64,000 nucleotides of DNA from Escherichia phage vB_Eco_F26. The DNA lies in the sequence record OP870145.1; one strand, 5' to 3'. The notes beneath the pieces were generated by a model, which worked only from the letters and a program-made list of their open reading frames with translations, did no database searches and was not told the DNA's origin. Made by a program: the position numbers and the translations under genes. Positions within the stretch are counted from its first letter, which is position 1; each line of letters begins with the position of its first letter. Below are positions 51,228-62,109 of this stretch, piece by piece.

Positions 51228-54200
51228 ATGGCTACTTTAAAACAAATACAATTTAAAAGAAGCAAAACTGCAGGTCAACGTCCTGCTGCTTCAGTATTAG
51301 CCGAAGGTGAATTGGCTATAAACTTAAAAGATAGAACAATTTTTACTAAAGATGATACAGGAAATATCATTGATCTAGGTATTGCTAAAGGCGGTCAAAT
51401 TGATGGAAATGTAACTATTGATGGAACTTTACGCGTCAATGGACCAATAAACAACTTTGGAAATTTTTCTACAAGTGGTACTATTACGGCAAGTAATATT
51501 GTTTCTGCTACAGTATTCAGATCAACATCCGGTTCATTTTATACAAGAGCAATAAATGATACTGCAAATGCCCATCTTTGGTTTGAAAATACAAATGGCT
51601 CAGAACGTGGCGTTTTATATTCAAAACCGCAGTCTGAAAATGAAGGCGTAATTACAATGCGTGTTCGTCAAGGAACCGCAGCGGGGGCTCAAAATTCAGA
51701 ATTTCATTTCATTTCTACTGATGGCGGTATCTTCCAGGCACGCAAATTAACTGCTTTAACTTCTATTAGTACACCAACTATTAGTGTTAATTTAATTAAT
51801 CATGATTCTAAAGCCTTTGGACAATACGATTCACAATCATTAGTTCAGTATGTTTATCCTGGAACTGGTGAAACTAACGGAGTAAACTATCTTCGTAAAG
51901 TGCGTGCTAAATCAGGTGGAACTATTTACCATGAAATTTGTACAGCTCAGACTGGGCTAGCTGATGAAGTTTCTTGGTGGACTGGTAATACACCGTTATT
52001 TAAACTATACGGTATTCGTAACGACGGTAGAATGATTATCCGCAATAGCTTGGCCATTGGTACTGTGACTGAAGGATACCCGTCAAGCGATTATGGAAAT
52101 ACCAGGGTAATGGGAGATAGGTATTTAGCTCTTGGCGATAATGCTTCTGGACTTAAATGGGTTCGTACTGGCGTTATTGATTTAATGGCTAACGGTATTT
52201 CTGCGGCGACTATTATTAATAATGGTATTAATAGTACTAAAAAATTGATGGTTGGTTATAGCCGTGATTCCGGTTCTACTTGGGATTTCCCAAATAACAA
52301 CCAAGCAATGTTTACTGCACGCACCGATATTGATGGTAATAATAACGGCGATGGTCAGACTCATATCGGTTATAGCAGTAATTCTAAAATGTATCACTAT
52401 TTCCGCGGCACGGGTCGTATGTCTGTTAGCATGGGCGATGGACTTCTTGTTGAGCCAGGTATTTTAGATCTTAAAACTGGTTCAAATTCATTAAATTTAC
52501 GTGCTGACGGTACTGTTGCTTCTGTTCAAACGTTAAAGCTTAATAATGGATTATATTTTAATGGTGATGGAACTAATGCTTCTCTAGTTTTTAAAGCAGC
52601 TTCAGGTATTGATGGCACTAAGCAAATCATGTGGGAAGGCGGTACTCGACCAGGTCAGAATAAGAGTTATGTAAATGTTAAAGCATGGGGTAATTCATTT
52701 AATGCCACTGGCGATAAATCTCGTGAAACTATATTTGAAGTTGCCGATGGCCTAGGTTATTATTTTTATGCGCAGCGTGCCGCGCCTACAAATGATGAAA
52801 CTGTTGGCCCTGTATTAATGCAAGTTTCAGGTTCTTTAAATGCAAAAGGAACATTGACCGCCACTGGCAACCTTTATGTGGGAGGATTGAGTACACATGA
52901 AGGTGCTGTGACCATGAATAATGGGCTTAATTTAACTGGTGGTTCTTCTATTACAGGCCAAGTAAAAATTGGTGGAACAGCAAATGCATTGAGAATTTGG
53001 AACGCCGAATACGGTGCTATTTTCCGCCGTTCGGAAAGTAATCTTTATATTATTCCAACCAATCAAAATGAAGGCAAAAGTGGAGACATTCACAGCTCTT
53101 TGAGACCTGTGAGAATAGGATTAAACGATGGTATGGTTGGATTAGGAAGAGATTCTTTTATAGTAGATCAAAATAATGCTTTAACTACGATAAACAGTAA
53201 CTCTCGCATTAATGCCAATTTTAGAATGAAATTGGGGCAGTCGACATATATTGAGGCCGAATGTACTAATACGGTACGCCCAGCAGGGTGTGGTTCATTT
53301 GCATCTCAGAACGACGCAAACGTAAGAGCTCCGATTTATATGAATATAGAGCGTACTGCTCCTTCTGAATATGTTCCTATTGTTAAACAACGATATGTAA
53401 ATGGCGATAGTACTTATTCTATTGGCACCTTAATTGCTCAAGGAGACTTCCGCGTTCATTATCACCAGGGCAATAGTACTACCGGAACTGATTTAAGTTG
53501 GGAATTCCGCCGCACCGGTGACTTCCGCTTACCTGGTAAAATTATTGTAGGCAACACAACTTTAGGAACTGATGGTAATATCACCGGTGGCTCTGGTAAC
53601 TTTGCTAACTTAAACAGTACGATTGAATCACTTAAAACTGATATTGTTTCAAGTTATCCTATTGGAGCTCCAATTCCATGGCCAACGGATACTCCTCCTA
53701 ATGGTTACGCTATTATGGAAGGTCAGACTTTTGATAAGTCTGCATATCCAAAGTTAGCTGTTGCATATCCTAGTGGTGTTATTCCAGATATGCGTGGACA
53801 AACTATCAAGGGTAAACCTAGTGGACGAGCCGTGTTAAGTGCAGAAGCTGATGGTATTAAGTCTCATAGCCATAGTGCATCTGCTTCAAGTACTGACTTA
53901 GGCACTAAAACCACATCAAGCTTTGACTATGGTACGAAGAACACTAATAGCACTGGTGCTCACGCACACACTGGTAGTGGTTCTACTAGCACAAATGGTG
54001 AGCACAGCCACTACATGGAGGCATGGAGTGGTACTGGTAAAGGTGGTAATCTGATGTCATCATATGCCGTATCACACAGAGCGGGTGGGACTAACACTAA
54101 TGCGGCAGGGAACCACAGTCATACCTTCTCTGTCTCAACTGATAGTACTGGTGCACACGCTCACTCTGTAGGTATAGGTGCTCATACCCACACGGTAGCG

Positions 54201-54299
54201 ATTGGTTCGCATGGTCATACTATCACTGTAAATAGTACAGGTAATACAGAAAACACGGTTAAAAACATTGCTTTTAACTATATCGTTCGTTTAGCATAA
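51228..54299 (+). CDS. 37: long tail fibre distal subunit (receptor-binding) gp37
   Basis: 1023 aa; C-terminal His-rich HxH repeats (HSHSAS..., GAHAHTG, GEHSHY, GNHSHTF, GAHTHTV). Confidence 0.9.
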   Translation: MATLKQIQFKRSKTAGQRPAASVLAEGELAINLKDRTIFTKDDTGNIIDLGIAKGGQIDGNVTIDGTLRVNGPINNFGNFSTSGTITASNIVSATVFRSTSGSFYTRAINDTANAHLWFENTNGSERGVLYSKPQSENEGVITMRVRQGTAAGAQNSEFHFISTDGGIFQARKLTALTSISTPTISVNLINHDSKAFGQYDSQSLVQYVYPGTGETNGVNYLRKVRAKSGGTIYHEICTAQTGLADEVSWWTGNTPLFKLYGIRNDGRMIIRNSLAIGTVTEGYPSSDYGNTRVMGDRYLALGDNASGLKWVRTGVIDLMANGISAATIINNGINSTKKLMVGYSRDSGSTWDFPNNNQAMFTARTDIDGNNNGDGQTHIGYSSNSKMYHYFRGTGRMSVSMGDGLLVEPGILDLKTGSNSLNLRADGTVASVQTLKLNNGLYFNGDGTNASLVFKAASGIDGTKQIMWEGGTRPGQNKSYVNVKAWGNSFNATGDKSRETIFEVADGLGYYFYAQRAAPTNDETVGPVLMQVSGSLNAKGTLTATGNLYVGGLSTHEGAVTMNNGLNLTGGSSITGQVKIGGTANALRIWNAEYGAIFRRSESNLYIIPTNQNEGKSGDIHSSLRPVRIGLNDGMVGLGRDSFIVDQNNALTTINSNSRINANFRMKLGQSTYIEAECTNTVRPAGCGSFASQNDANVRAPIYMNIERTAPSEYVPIVKQRYVNGDSTYSIGTLIAQGDFRVHYHQGNSTTGTDLSWEFRRTGDFRLPGKIIVGNTTLGTDGNITGGSGNFANLNSTIESLKTDIVSSYPIGAPIPWPTDTPPNGYAIMEGQTFDKSAYPKLAVAYPSGVIPDMRGQTIKGKPSGRAVLSAEADGIKSHSHSASASSTDLGTKTTSSFDYGTKNTNSTGAHAHTGSGSTSTNGEHSHYMEAWSGTGKGGNLMSSYAVSHRAGGTNTNAAGNHSHTFSVSTDSTGAHAHSVGIGAHTHTVAIGSHGHTITVNSTGNTENTVKNIAFNYIVRLA

Positions 54300-54303
54300 G
54301 GAG

Positions 54304-54319
54304 AGGGGCTTCGGCCCCT
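54304..54319 (+). promoter_or_regulatory. stem-loop between SD and start codon of gene 38
   Basis: SD AAGGAG at 54298..54303, hairpin aggggc-ttcg-gcccct, ATG at 54327. Confidence 0.45.
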
Positions 54320-54326
54320 TCTAAAT

Positions 54327-54878
54327 ATGAAAATCTATCATTATTATTTTGACACAAAAGAATTTTACAAAGAAGAAAATTACAAACCGATTAAAGGTCT
54401 TGGTCTTCCTGCTCATTCAACAATTAAAAAACCTTTAGAACCTAAAGAAGGATACGCGGTTGTATTTGATGAACGTATTCAGGATTGGATTTATGAAGAA
54501 GACCATCGCGGCAAACGAGCATGGACTTTTAATAAAGAAGAAATTTTTATAAATGACATTGGAAGCCCAGTTGGTATAACTTTTGATGAACCCGGCGAAT
54601 TTGACATATGGACTGATGATGGTTGGAAAGAAGATGAAACATATAAACGGGTTTTAATTCGTAATAGAAAAATTGAAGAATTATATAAAGAATTCCAAGT
54701 ATTGAGTAATATGATCGAAGCTTCAGCTGCAAATAAAAAGGAAAAATTCTATCATCAAAACCTTAAACAGTTCTTTGCTCTTTTAGAAAAGCATGAGCAT
54801 TTAGGTGGTGAATTCCCTGCATGGCCTGAAAAAGAACGGAAGCCTTGGTATAAGCGTTTATTCAAGCATTACGTATAA
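54327..54878 (+). CDS. 38: tail fibre assembly chaperone gp38
   Basis: 183 aa, T4-type gp38 after gene 37. Confidence 0.85.
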   Translation: MKIYHYYFDTKEFYKEENYKPIKGLGLPAHSTIKKPLEPKEGYAVVFDERIQDWIYEEDHRGKRAWTFNKEEIFINDIGSPVGITFDEPGEFDIWTDDGWKEDETYKRVLIRNRKIEELYKEFQVLSNMIEASAANKKEKFYHQNLKQFFALLEKHEHLGGEFPAWPEKERKPWYKRLFKHYV

Positions 54879-54881
54879 ATA
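54874..54881 (+). promoter_or_regulatory. late promoter TATAAATA upstream of t
   Basis: exact TATAAATA overlapping gene 38 stop; SD AAGGAGGG follows. Confidence 0.55.
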
Positions 54882-54899
54882 TCCTTAAAAGGAGGGTCT

Positions 54900-55556
54900 A
54901 TGACAGCACCTAGAATATCATTTTCGCCCTCTGATATTCTGTTGGGTGTTCTAGATCGCTTGTTCAAAGATAACGCTACCGGGAAAGTTCTTGCTTCCCG
55001 GGTAGCTGTCGTAATTCTTTTGTTTATAATGGCGATTGTTTGGTATAGGGGAGATAGTTTCTTTGAGTACTATAAGCAATCAAAGTATGAAACATACAGT
55101 GAAATTATTGAAAAGGAAAGAAATGCACGCTTTGAATCTGTCGCCCTGGAACAACTCCAGATAGTTCACATATCATCTGAGGCAGACTTTAGTGCGGTGT
55201 ATTCTTTCCGCCCTAAAAATTTAAACTATTTTGTTGATATTATAGCATATGAAGGAAAATTACCTTCAACAATAAGTGAAAAATCACTTGGAGGATATCC
55301 TGTTGATAAAACTATGGATGAATATACAGTTCATTTAAATGGACGTCATTATTATTCCAACTCAAAATTTGCTTTTTTGCCAACTAAAAAGCCTACTCCC
55401 GAAATAAACTACATGTACAGTTGTCCATATTTTAATTTGGATAATATCTATGCTGGAACGATAACCATGTACTGGTATAGAAATGATCATATAAGTAATG
55501 ACCGCCTTGAATCAATATGTGCTCAGGCGGCCAGAATATTAGGAAGGGCTAAATAA
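54900..55556 (+). CDS. t: holin T
   Basis: 218 aa; single N-terminal transmembrane segment, large periplasmic domain. Confidence 0.9.
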   Translation: MTAPRISFSPSDILLGVLDRLFKDNATGKVLASRVAVVILLFIMAIVWYRGDSFFEYYKQSKYETYSEIIEKERNARFESVALEQLQIVHISSEADFSAVYSFRPKNLNYFVDIIAYEGKLPSTISEKSLGGYPVDKTMDEYTVHLNGRHYYSNSKFAFLPTKKPTPEINYMYSCPYFNLDNIYAGTITMYWYRNDHISNDRLESICAQAARILGRAK

Positions 55557-55829
55557 TTATTTGTTCGTATACATCTCTAGATATCGATATACACCCTCAA
55601 AACCCTCGTTGAATTCGTCGATGAGGGTTTTCTTATCTTCTTGAGTTAATTCAGAAACAATTTTACGGAATGAATTTTGATTTAACTTTCTACCTTCATG
55701 CGTTACTCCAATCTCATTCAGAAATGCAATAAAATTAGCACGATTCTCAACAATATCTTCTCTGGAAAATTTAATCAAAATAGATGCAACAGTAATAATT
55801 TCACGAACTGTATCAATGTTTTTATTCAT
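55557..55829 (-). CDS. asiA: anti-sigma70 factor AsiA
   Basis: 90 aa MNKNIDTVREIITVASILIKFSRE... Confidence 0.9.
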   Translation of the reverse strand: MNKNIDTVREIITVASILIKFSREDIVENRANFIAFLNEIGVTHEGRKLNQNSFRKIVSELTQEDKKTLIDEFNEGFEGVYRYLEMYTNK

Positions 55830-55841
55830 TAACTATACCAC

Positions 55842-55994
55842 TCAATTAGTTGACTTTGTTATAATATCATCAGACGCTTGATTTGTAAACTGGTCTGTGT
55901 TATTTTCTTCAAAAATTTTTTCTACGAATTCCTTGAACGACTCACGTTCCTGAGCTACATTATGCTCGATTACCTTTTCAAGATTATGACTCAT
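55842..55994 (-). CDS. hypothetical small acidic protein (not in ORF track, 50 aa)
   Basis: ATG overlaps arn stop (ATGA); MSHNLEKVIEHNVAQ... Confidence 0.35.
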   Translation of the reverse strand: MSHNLEKVIEHNVAQERESFKEFVEKIFEENNTDQFTNQASDDIITKSTN

Positions 55995-56269
55995 TCGAAA
56001 TAATCTTCAATTTCATAATCATGGACATAAATCATTATAGTTTTTAATATATCATCAATACTTTTTCCTGGAGCTGGAATTACGTAAAAATATCCTGCTT
56101 TTGAGAGGTCTTTATAAGTTCCAATCAAGAAATCATTATTCTCAAGATGCAGTTCTTCAACTAATTCATTGACAATTGAGTGGTATAAATTTGGTAGAAA
56201 CTTATATAGCTTTTCTAGAATATCAATTTTGATTGTATATTGAACCACAGACTGAGAATCAATAATCAT
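55991..56269 (-). CDS. arn: Arn anti-restriction nuclease inhibitor
   Basis: 92 aa acidic protein at T4 arn position. Confidence 0.8.
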   Translation of the reverse strand: MIIDSQSVVQYTIKIDILEKLYKFLPNLYHSIVNELVEELHLENNDFLIGTYKDLSKAGYFYVIPAPGKSIDDILKTIMIYVHDYEIEDYFE

Positions 56270-56352
56270 AGACCTTCCCCTTATGTTTCTGTTTGCGATT
56301 AGATTCTTTAAACGCTTTCTTCTTATCCTTATGAACAGAAGCTTTATTAAAA

Positions 56353-56571
56353 TTATGTTTTGCGACTAAATTGTTCATAGTGCTGAATTACCTCTCTCAA
56401 ACATTTGCATGTGAATGAAAACTTTTTAGCTACACCACATTCAAATATATGTTCTCTTAAATCGCGTGTATCAGTATATCCCATCTCAACGATAAAATGC
56501 CGTATTAGATTTTTATCTTTATCATTGAGAGAATTAAAATAGTCAGATTTTGAATTAATTTCCCTGGCCAA
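56353..56571 (-). CDS. hypothetical protein
   Basis: 72 aa ORF. Confidence 0.4.
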   Translation of the reverse strand: MAREINSKSDYFNSLNDKDKNLIRHFIVEMGYTDTRDLREHIFECGVAKKFSFTCKCLREVIQHYEQFSRKT

Positions 56572-56851
56572 ATTGAATCACCTTCAGTTGACGTTTTAAC
56601 TCTTTTATCATTTCTTCGTTCATCGCAATATAAAGATCGCGTAAAGCAGGTTTTAGCATTCCATTTACTGGAGAACTAAATGGACATACATAATCTTTTC
56701 CTACAAGCTTTTTGGCGAATTCCATATCGCAGAACTTAAATCCCGGCTCATTGGTATAAATTCCCCAATTAGTTGACATCATTTTATTGGCATATTCCAG
56801 TGCCTGGATTTGATTCATAATTCCATCAATTTGAAACTGTTTAATATTCAT
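56555..56851 (-). CDS. hypothetical protein
   Basis: 98 aa ORF. Confidence 0.4.
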   Translation of the reverse strand: MNIKQFQIDGIMNQIQALEYANKMMSTNWGIYTNEPGFKFCDMEFAKKLVGKDYVCPFSSPVNGMLKPALRDLYIAMNEEMIKELKRQLKVIQFGQGN

Positions 56852-57312
56852 TAGTAAAGGTCCTCAGAATAAAGTTCTTTTTCACTACCACCACGTTCAA
56901 TACGTACTTGTCCAGCGTAAGTTGCAATAATCATTGCTTCTTCACGTGTCCAATAATTACTATATTGGTCAATAAACCCTTGGTCATCATCACAAACTTG
57001 TTGAGTAACTAATTGAGATTTAACTACATCTAAAACTTCTGCCATATCTTTAGAATAATGACGAGCACCTGGAATAATAAGAGTTCGTCCATCTTTTAAT
57101 TTAAAACGATTAGCTGCGCAGACAATTCGTCGTTGATACTTTTGATTTTCATCCCAATACGCAGTCTGCCAACAAATTTCAGGAACTTCTTTCAGAATAT
57201 CTTCTTCTGTGCATTTATAACCATGTGCTTTAAATTTTTGAACAAGACTCTCCGGAGTCTCACGAGATAAAGGAACATTTAGCATTTTTAAACGATTGAT
57301 AAATGGGTTCAT
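56851..57312 (-). CDS. hypothetical protein
   Basis: 153 aa ORF. Confidence 0.4.
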   Translation of the reverse strand: MNPFINRLKMLNVPLSRETPESLVQKFKAHGYKCTEEDILKEVPEICWQTAYWDENQKYQRRIVCAANRFKLKDGRTLIIPGARHYSKDMAEVLDVVKSQLVTQQVCDDDQGFIDQYSNYWTREEAMIIATYAGQVRIERGGSEKELYSEDLY

Positions 57313-57638
57313 TTAAACCATCCTTTAATACGTTGCCACAAAGTTTTCTGTTGAGCTTTGTTAACGCCAATTGAGCGAATAACCGGTTGAGATTCCTGGA
57401 ATTCTTTATAATCGGCAAGGTAAATTTCGTAAGCTGCATCTGTAAAGGAACTTATCGCTGCCATAAAATTATTGCGAATACCTACTGGAGCATCTTTACT
57501 TTCACGAATAATCATGTATTTACCAGTCTTAATCTTTACGATAGTTCCAAGATAAGCTCCGTGGTACCAAATATCCCAACCCTCTTGAGTAGGTTCTGCG
57601 CAACGACGAAGTTCATTAACGATTTCTAACTTGTTCAT
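57309..57638 (-). CDS. hypothetical protein
   Basis: 109 aa ORF. Confidence 0.4.
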   Translation of the reverse strand: MNKLEIVNELRRCAEPTQEGWDIWYHGAYLGTIVKIKTGKYMIIRESKDAPVGIRNNFMAAISSFTDAAYEIYLADYKEFQESQPVIRSIGVNKAQQKTLWQRIKGWFK

Positions 57639-57648
57639 TATTTATTCC

Positions 57649-58284
57649 TCACAGTTCAGATGCTACAGTGATTACAGCTTCAATGTTTTCTGCCGAGCGT
57701 TTAATGTCAAGATACACATTACCGTTTTTAGCGATTTTACATGACATTCCGATGTCAGTAAATTTCTGAATATGATGTTCCATCATTTTATATCCAAAAA
57801 TTCGCATATTTCCATTGTTGTTAATTTCAAAATTACGAATTCCGTGAGTGCGTTTTTCTAAAATAGCGAGATAGTTACTGCGATAAGTTTCAACCTTTTT
57901 AAGAACAAATCCATTTTCATCTAAAAGTTTTAACATGAGGTCTTTATCTTCTTTCATATCGGAAGTAATCTCACGAGCTTTACGAGTTGCTCGTTTTTTC
58001 AGCAGTTCCGGAGCATTTTCCTGTGCGTATAAAGTTGCTGCATTTGAAATAATATCCTGAGCTTCACCTGTAATGATTAATCCATCACCAGATTTCTCCA
58101 CCAGGCCTTTTTTAATCAATACCCCAATATTACTATTAACTACTGCGTTACCTAAATCTGGATGCACCTCACGAACTTCTGCAGCTGTAATGAAATCTTT
58201 CTTAGCAATGGTAATTAAAATCGCAGCAGTTTTTTCATTCAGAACATCGTTAGAAGCTTTGATAATGTAAGTTACTTTAGACAT
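57649..58284 (-). CDS. motA: MotA middle transcription activator
   Basis: 211 aa; T4 MotA length and position. Confidence 0.9.
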   Translation of the reverse strand: MSKVTYIIKASNDVLNEKTAAILITIAKKDFITAAEVREVHPDLGNAVVNSNIGVLIKKGLVEKSGDGLIITGEAQDIISNAATLYAQENAPELLKKRATRKAREITSDMKEDKDLMLKLLDENGFVLKKVETYRSNYLAILEKRTHGIRNFEINNNGNMRIFGYKMMEHHIQKFTDIGMSCKIAKNGNVYLDIKRSAENIEAVITVASEL

Positions 58285-58322
58285 TTTCTAATCTCCGTAA
58301 TTCTGTATCAGTAGTTGATAGT

Positions 58323-58355
58323 TGTATAGTACCACAGTATGCTTTGGTTGTAAAC
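58323..58355 (-). promoter_or_regulatory. early promoter upstream of motA
   Basis: minus strand GTTTACaaccaaagcatactgtgGTACTATAC. Confidence 0.45.
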
Positions 58356-58387
58356 CGTTTTGTGAAAAAAAAATTTTAAATAAAAAA

Positions 58388-58407
58388 GGGAGAGCCGAGG
58401 CTCTCCC
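58388..58407 (-). terminator. GC hairpin
   Basis: gggagagcc-gagg-ctctccc. Confidence 0.5.
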
Positions 58408-58412
58408 TAAAA

Positions 58413-58562
58413 TTACTGCATGACTGTGATAACTGTCATGATAACACGTTGAATTCCGAACGCAAGAAGACCTCCTGCTACGGCTGGAACAACGCCTAAA
58501 CCCGCCAGTAAAATGCTACCAGATACTAATGCAGCGCTTGTAATACCTATAAATGGACTCAT
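58413..58562 (-). CDS. small hydrophobic membrane protein (49 aa, not in ORF track)
   Basis: ATG overlaps gene 52 stop (ATGA); SD GAGGAA; MSPFIGITSAALVSGSILLAGLGVVPAVAGG... Confidence 0.45.
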   Translation of the reverse strand: MSPFIGITSAALVSGSILLAGLGVVPAVAGGLLAFGIQRVIMTVITVMQ

Positions 58563-59887
58563 TTGATTTCCTCTAAATCTTTGGTGTATTCTGTAACTAC
58601 ATCAGTAGTTTTCCAATATTCGTTTTCTTCTTTCTTAGCTTTAGCTTCTTCAGCAAGTTTCTTCGCTTCATCGGAAGTCATATGAAAAATATTCATTCCA
58701 ACTAGTTTATCAACATAAGAAGAATACATATCGATTTTCGAAAGTTCTTCGGTCAGTTCTTTACGAGTTTTACCTTGTACAACAATTTCACCTGAAATTA
58801 CTTTCTTAATGAAATGTGCCTTGGCAAAGGCTAAACGAAAAGCTGACTCAGTTTCTTTAATTTTGTTATCAATTCGTTTTTGGACATAAGTTTTACGAAC
58901 TTCAACAAAGTCTTTAATTAAATCAACTACGTTATCGTAAACTTGTAGTTTTCCTTTCTCATTAATAACCGTAATATTCTGAGAACGACGCTCAATCAAC
59001 CCGAAGTCTTTCATAATTTTTGCATGACGTTCTTCTTCATTATCGCTCAAAGAATATTCTTTGCGGAATTTAACTTTGAATCCAAAACCATGCTCACCAC
59101 AAGCATCATCCCATGTAATGAAGCCTTTATCTTCAAGTGGGTCTAAGATTTTACTCACATAAGTTTCACGATCATACTTATACGGAATCTCAGTGATATG
59201 CATTTGAGTTCGTGAAGTAAACTTATATGTTCCACGAATTTCATATTGCCCATCAATTTCAACGACTTCACCACGAAATTCTGGGAATTCTACCTTCGGT
59301 TTAGTTACTTTCTTTCCTTGGAGAGCTTGCAATACAGCTTTCTTGACAGAAGAAACACTATGAGGAAGAATGTAAGTTGCATAACCAGTTGCAATACCGG
59401 AAACGCCATTAAGAAGAACAGTAGGAATAACAGGCAAATAGAAAGCAGGCGGAATGTGTTCTTTATCTTGATGTACCGGAGCATATTCAGTATCTTTATA
59501 TACGTTATAGAAATTTTTACTTACACGAGCAAAAATATAACGACTTGCCGCTGCCTTTTGGACAGTACGAGAACCAAAGTTTCCTTGACCATCTAATAGA
59601 GGAAAGTTATTATTCCAAGTATTAGCCATCAAAGCACCTGCGTCTTGCGCAGAGTTTTCACCATGATGATATCCAAGGTCCGCTACACCACCTGCAATAG
59701 AAGCGAGTTTGTGAAACTTATCTTTATTTCCTCGTGCCAAATCAAGAGCTCGAGCAATAACAAATCGTTGAACTGGCTTAAATCCATCAATCATATTTGG
59801 AATGGCACGATTTTCAACCGTGTACATAGCATAAGCCAATGCTTCATTATCAATGATACTTTTTAAATCGCGATTATTCAGTTGCAT
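58559..59887 (-). CDS. 52: topoisomerase II medium subunit gp52
   Basis: 442 aa; GyrA-like catalytic Tyr region. Confidence 0.9.
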   Translation of the reverse strand: MQLNNRDLKSIIDNEALAYAMYTVENRAIPNMIDGFKPVQRFVIARALDLARGNKDKFHKLASIAGGVADLGYHHGENSAQDAGALMANTWNNNFPLLDGQGNFGSRTVQKAAASRYIFARVSKNFYNVYKDTEYAPVHQDKEHIPPAFYLPVIPTVLLNGVSGIATGYATYILPHSVSSVKKAVLQALQGKKVTKPKVEFPEFRGEVVEIDGQYEIRGTYKFTSRTQMHITEIPYKYDRETYVSKILDPLEDKGFITWDDACGEHGFGFKVKFRKEYSLSDNEEERHAKIMKDFGLIERRSQNITVINEKGKLQVYDNVVDLIKDFVEVRKTYVQKRIDNKIKETESAFRLAFAKAHFIKKVISGEIVVQGKTRKELTEELSKIDMYSSYVDKLVGMNIFHMTSDEAKKLAEEAKAKKEENEYWKTTDVVTEYTKDLEEIK

Positions 59888-59891
59888 AAAT

Positions 59892-60032
59892 TTACCATAC
59901 TAGTGAATGTAGTGCCATAATAACATCAGAAATGAAAAGCACGACTTGAATTAATCCGAACATTATTCCGTAATATAATGCTATCAATAAAATAGCAAGG
60001 GCTAATGAATAGCCCAAGATTTTCTTAATCAT
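59892..60032 (-). CDS. small membrane protein (46 aa, not in ORF track)
   Basis: hydrophobic MIKKILGYSLALAILLIALYYGIMFGLIQVVLFI... Confidence 0.4.
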   Translation of the reverse strand: MIKKILGYSLALAILLIALYYGIMFGLIQVVLFISDVIMALHSLVW

Positions 60033-60183
60033 TAGTAGATAACAACACAAATGTTAAATATGCACACATACCCTGAGCTAAAGCTTGCGAAAACACACTG
60101 CTGGCATCAATACAGATAGTTAAAACACATGCTACTATCCAACAAATAAATGAAATAACTCCTAATAATTTTGCAATATTCAT
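60025..60183 (-). CDS. ac: Ac-like small membrane protein
   Basis: 52 aa from ATG with SD GAGGAG; MNIAKLLGVISFICWIVACVLTIC... Confidence 0.5.
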   Translation of the reverse strand: MNIAKLLGVISFICWIVACVLTICIDASSVFSQALAQGMCAYLTFVLLSTND

Positions 60184-60193
60184 AATATTCTCC

Positions 60194-60349
60194 TCAACTA
60201 TTTTTAGAACCAATGTACGCGAATAATGATAAAATCGCTAATACGCCCTGAGCTGATGCTTGCAAAAATACTGAAGTTTCTCCAGTTATTACTGTTCCGA
60301 TGCATAAAAAGAACCAACAGAAAAAGGCTATACCGTGAACAAATTTCAT
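60194..60349 (-). CDS. Ac-like small membrane protein, tandem paralog
   Basis: 51 aa; shares SVF-QA-AQG motif and hydrophobic pattern with 60025..60183. Confidence 0.45.
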   Translation of the reverse strand: MKFVHGIAFFCWFFLCIGTVITGETSVFLQASAQGVLAILSLFAYIGSKNS

Positions 60350-60356
60350 ATTTTCC

Positions 60357-60437
60357 TCACTGGCGTCCGAAGACGCCTTTGGTTTTAAGATTGTTACGAT
60401 AGAACTGCATCACGTGTTCGTTATGGAAATTACTCAT
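60357..60437 (-). CDS. stp: Stp peptide (26 aa)
   Basis: [26 protein letters not shown]; start overlaps ndd stop (TAATG). Confidence 0.7.
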
Positions 60438-60895
60438 TAATATGCCTGCAAAACAAATTTAAAGTTATCAGCCAACATACGGTTCATTTCTTCAAGCGTT
60501 TGATACTCAGAATGATGGTTACGAGTAAACGCCAAAGCTAACTGACCTTTTCCAAATCCTGTCGTCAGAGGTTTCATCTTAGAAGCAGGCAGATAAAACA
60601 CTGTGTATGGAACATTGTTATTTGCAATAGTACGCGCAAGCTGAGACCGACGCTGACGAATATGACTTAAAACCGCACTGAATCCTTGCTTAGAACGCTG
60701 ATTACCTACATAAAATCGTGCAGACACGCATGGATTACTAAATGGACGACCATCTAATTTACTCACTAAAAAGTAAAATCCAGGTTTAGATAAAATATCT
60801 TTATGCGGAGTTCCCAAAAACCACTCACCACCCTTGATTGTACCAATAACAGTAGCGCCTGCGTTGTTCAGATCAGTAACAGTCATGTATTTCAT
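60437..60895 (-). CDS. ndd: Ndd nucleoid disruption protein
   Basis: Start at [11 protein letters not shown] with SD GAGGAA; T4 synteny. Confidence 0.75.
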
Positions 60896-60953
60896 ATTAA
60901 TTTCCTCTAAATTATTTTCTACTCCATGGCCGCATGAATACGCGGCCATTAAA

Positions 60954-61169
60954 TTAATCGTCGCAGTCGACGCTCAATTCCCAGAATTCTTCTACGGTAT
61001 AAGTTTCAGTATCATTTTCAATACAGAAACGTTCATTACTGTTATTTGCTAAAGTAGCATTAACTGTCGGTTTCTCGCTAGTGCTCTTAAGAGGTGAAAT
61101 GCGAATTAACTGATCACCGTTATCTAAACAGAAAATTTCACCAACTTTTACATCTTTAAAACTTTTCAT
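60954..61169 (-). CDS. hypothetical protein
   Basis: 71 aa ORF. Confidence 0.4.
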   Translation of the reverse strand: MKSFKDVKVGEIFCLDNGDQLIRISPLKSTSEKPTVNATLANNSNERFCIENDTETYTVEEFWELSVDCDD

Positions 61170-61284
61170 AATTCACCTCAAGGAGTATAAAATCCGAATG
61201 CAGTTGTTGACCATCCCATCCAATATGGAAAATTTGCACCAATGTAAAACATAAGAATATAAAACCAAATGTTTAGTAAATTCA

Positions 61285-61503
61285 TTATTTTACACCATTC
61301 CAAATTGTTTCAACTACAGATTTTAAGCCATTTTGATGAATATCCATTCCGACTACCGCCATCAAATAGATTCCAACTACAACTGAACCTAAGGCAAAAA
61401 TCAGCATAAAAATGAATAAAGCCGGAAAAATATTATCGAAAAACCATTCAATAAATGTAAAAGCACTACGCTTACGTTTCATATTTTCCTCACATAAATC
61501 CAA
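61285..61503 (-). CDS. hypothetical membrane protein
   Basis: 72 aa with hydrophobic segment. Confidence 0.4.
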   Translation of the reverse strand: MDLCEENMKRKRSAFTFIEWFFDNIFPALFIFMLIFALGSVVVGIYLMAVVGMDIHQNGLKSVVETIWNGVK

Positions 61504-61603
61504 AATAAGCGTTTAACATATCAATCATTAAAACGATTGGGAATATACTCAAAACTATTAGTATTATAACTACATTCCATATAGCTTTAACAATCTTTTT
61601 CAT
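61490..61603 (-). CDS. small membrane protein
   Basis: Start at internal ATG MKKIVKAIW just after promoter and SD GGAGGAACA. Confidence 0.4.
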   Translation of the reverse strand: MKKIVKAIWNVVIILIVLSIFPIVLMIDMLNAYFGFM

Positions 61604-61627
61604 TTTCTGTTCCTCCGTAGTTGATAG

Positions 61628-61661
61628 GGTAATAATACCACGGAAGAACAGTCCTGTAAAC
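61628..61661 (-). promoter_or_regulatory. early promoter with conserved leader
   Basis: minus strand GTTTACaggactgttcttccgtgGTATTATTAccctatcaactacggaggaaca. Confidence 0.45.
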
Positions 61662-61845
61662 AACTTTTTAAAAATATTCGTAATAAATGTGAATACCAAC
61701 TACTACCGCTGAAACCTGTGCAACCCACCACGCACAAGCAATAAGTACAGAATTCATAATTTTCATAATAACCTCATTACAAAAGTAAATGTTAAACAAA
61801 TTACTGGAATACTAATTAACCAAACAAAACACCACCACAGTGAAC

Positions 61846-62109
61846 TCATAGCTCAATCTCAATGATTTCAAGATTATTTTCTTTAATAGCTTTCTTTAAA
61901 TCATCGTAAATAAGAACTTCCCAAGAATTGTTTAAATCACCATTCAACAAACGCTCTTGTTGCAATTTATCAGTAAGATATGGTTGATCTGATTCATATT
62001 TAGACAATCCCAATGAAATAAATGATGTTGCATCATCAATTTCAGAATATTGTACATAAACAAATTCACCTGTGATTTTATGTTTAACATAAAAGAATTT
62101 AAATTTCAT
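61846..62109 (-). CDS. hypothetical protein
   Basis: 87 aa; preceded by near-identical promoter-leader. Confidence 0.45.
   Translation of the reverse strand: MKFKFFYVKHKITGEFVYVQYSEIDDATSFISLGLSKYESDQPYLTDKLQQERLLNGDLNNSWEVLIYDDLKKAIKENNLEIIEIEL

Noticed and set aside
53870-54240. His-rich repetitive DNA at the 3' end of gene 37 as a possible repeat array
   Set aside because: It is the coding sequence for the HxH metal-binding repeats of the gp37 tip; in frame and typical for T4-type fibres.
56259-56388. About 38-aa basic peptide ORF overlapping the arn start
   Set aside because: Overlaps two better-supported ORFs in another frame; insufficient evidence.
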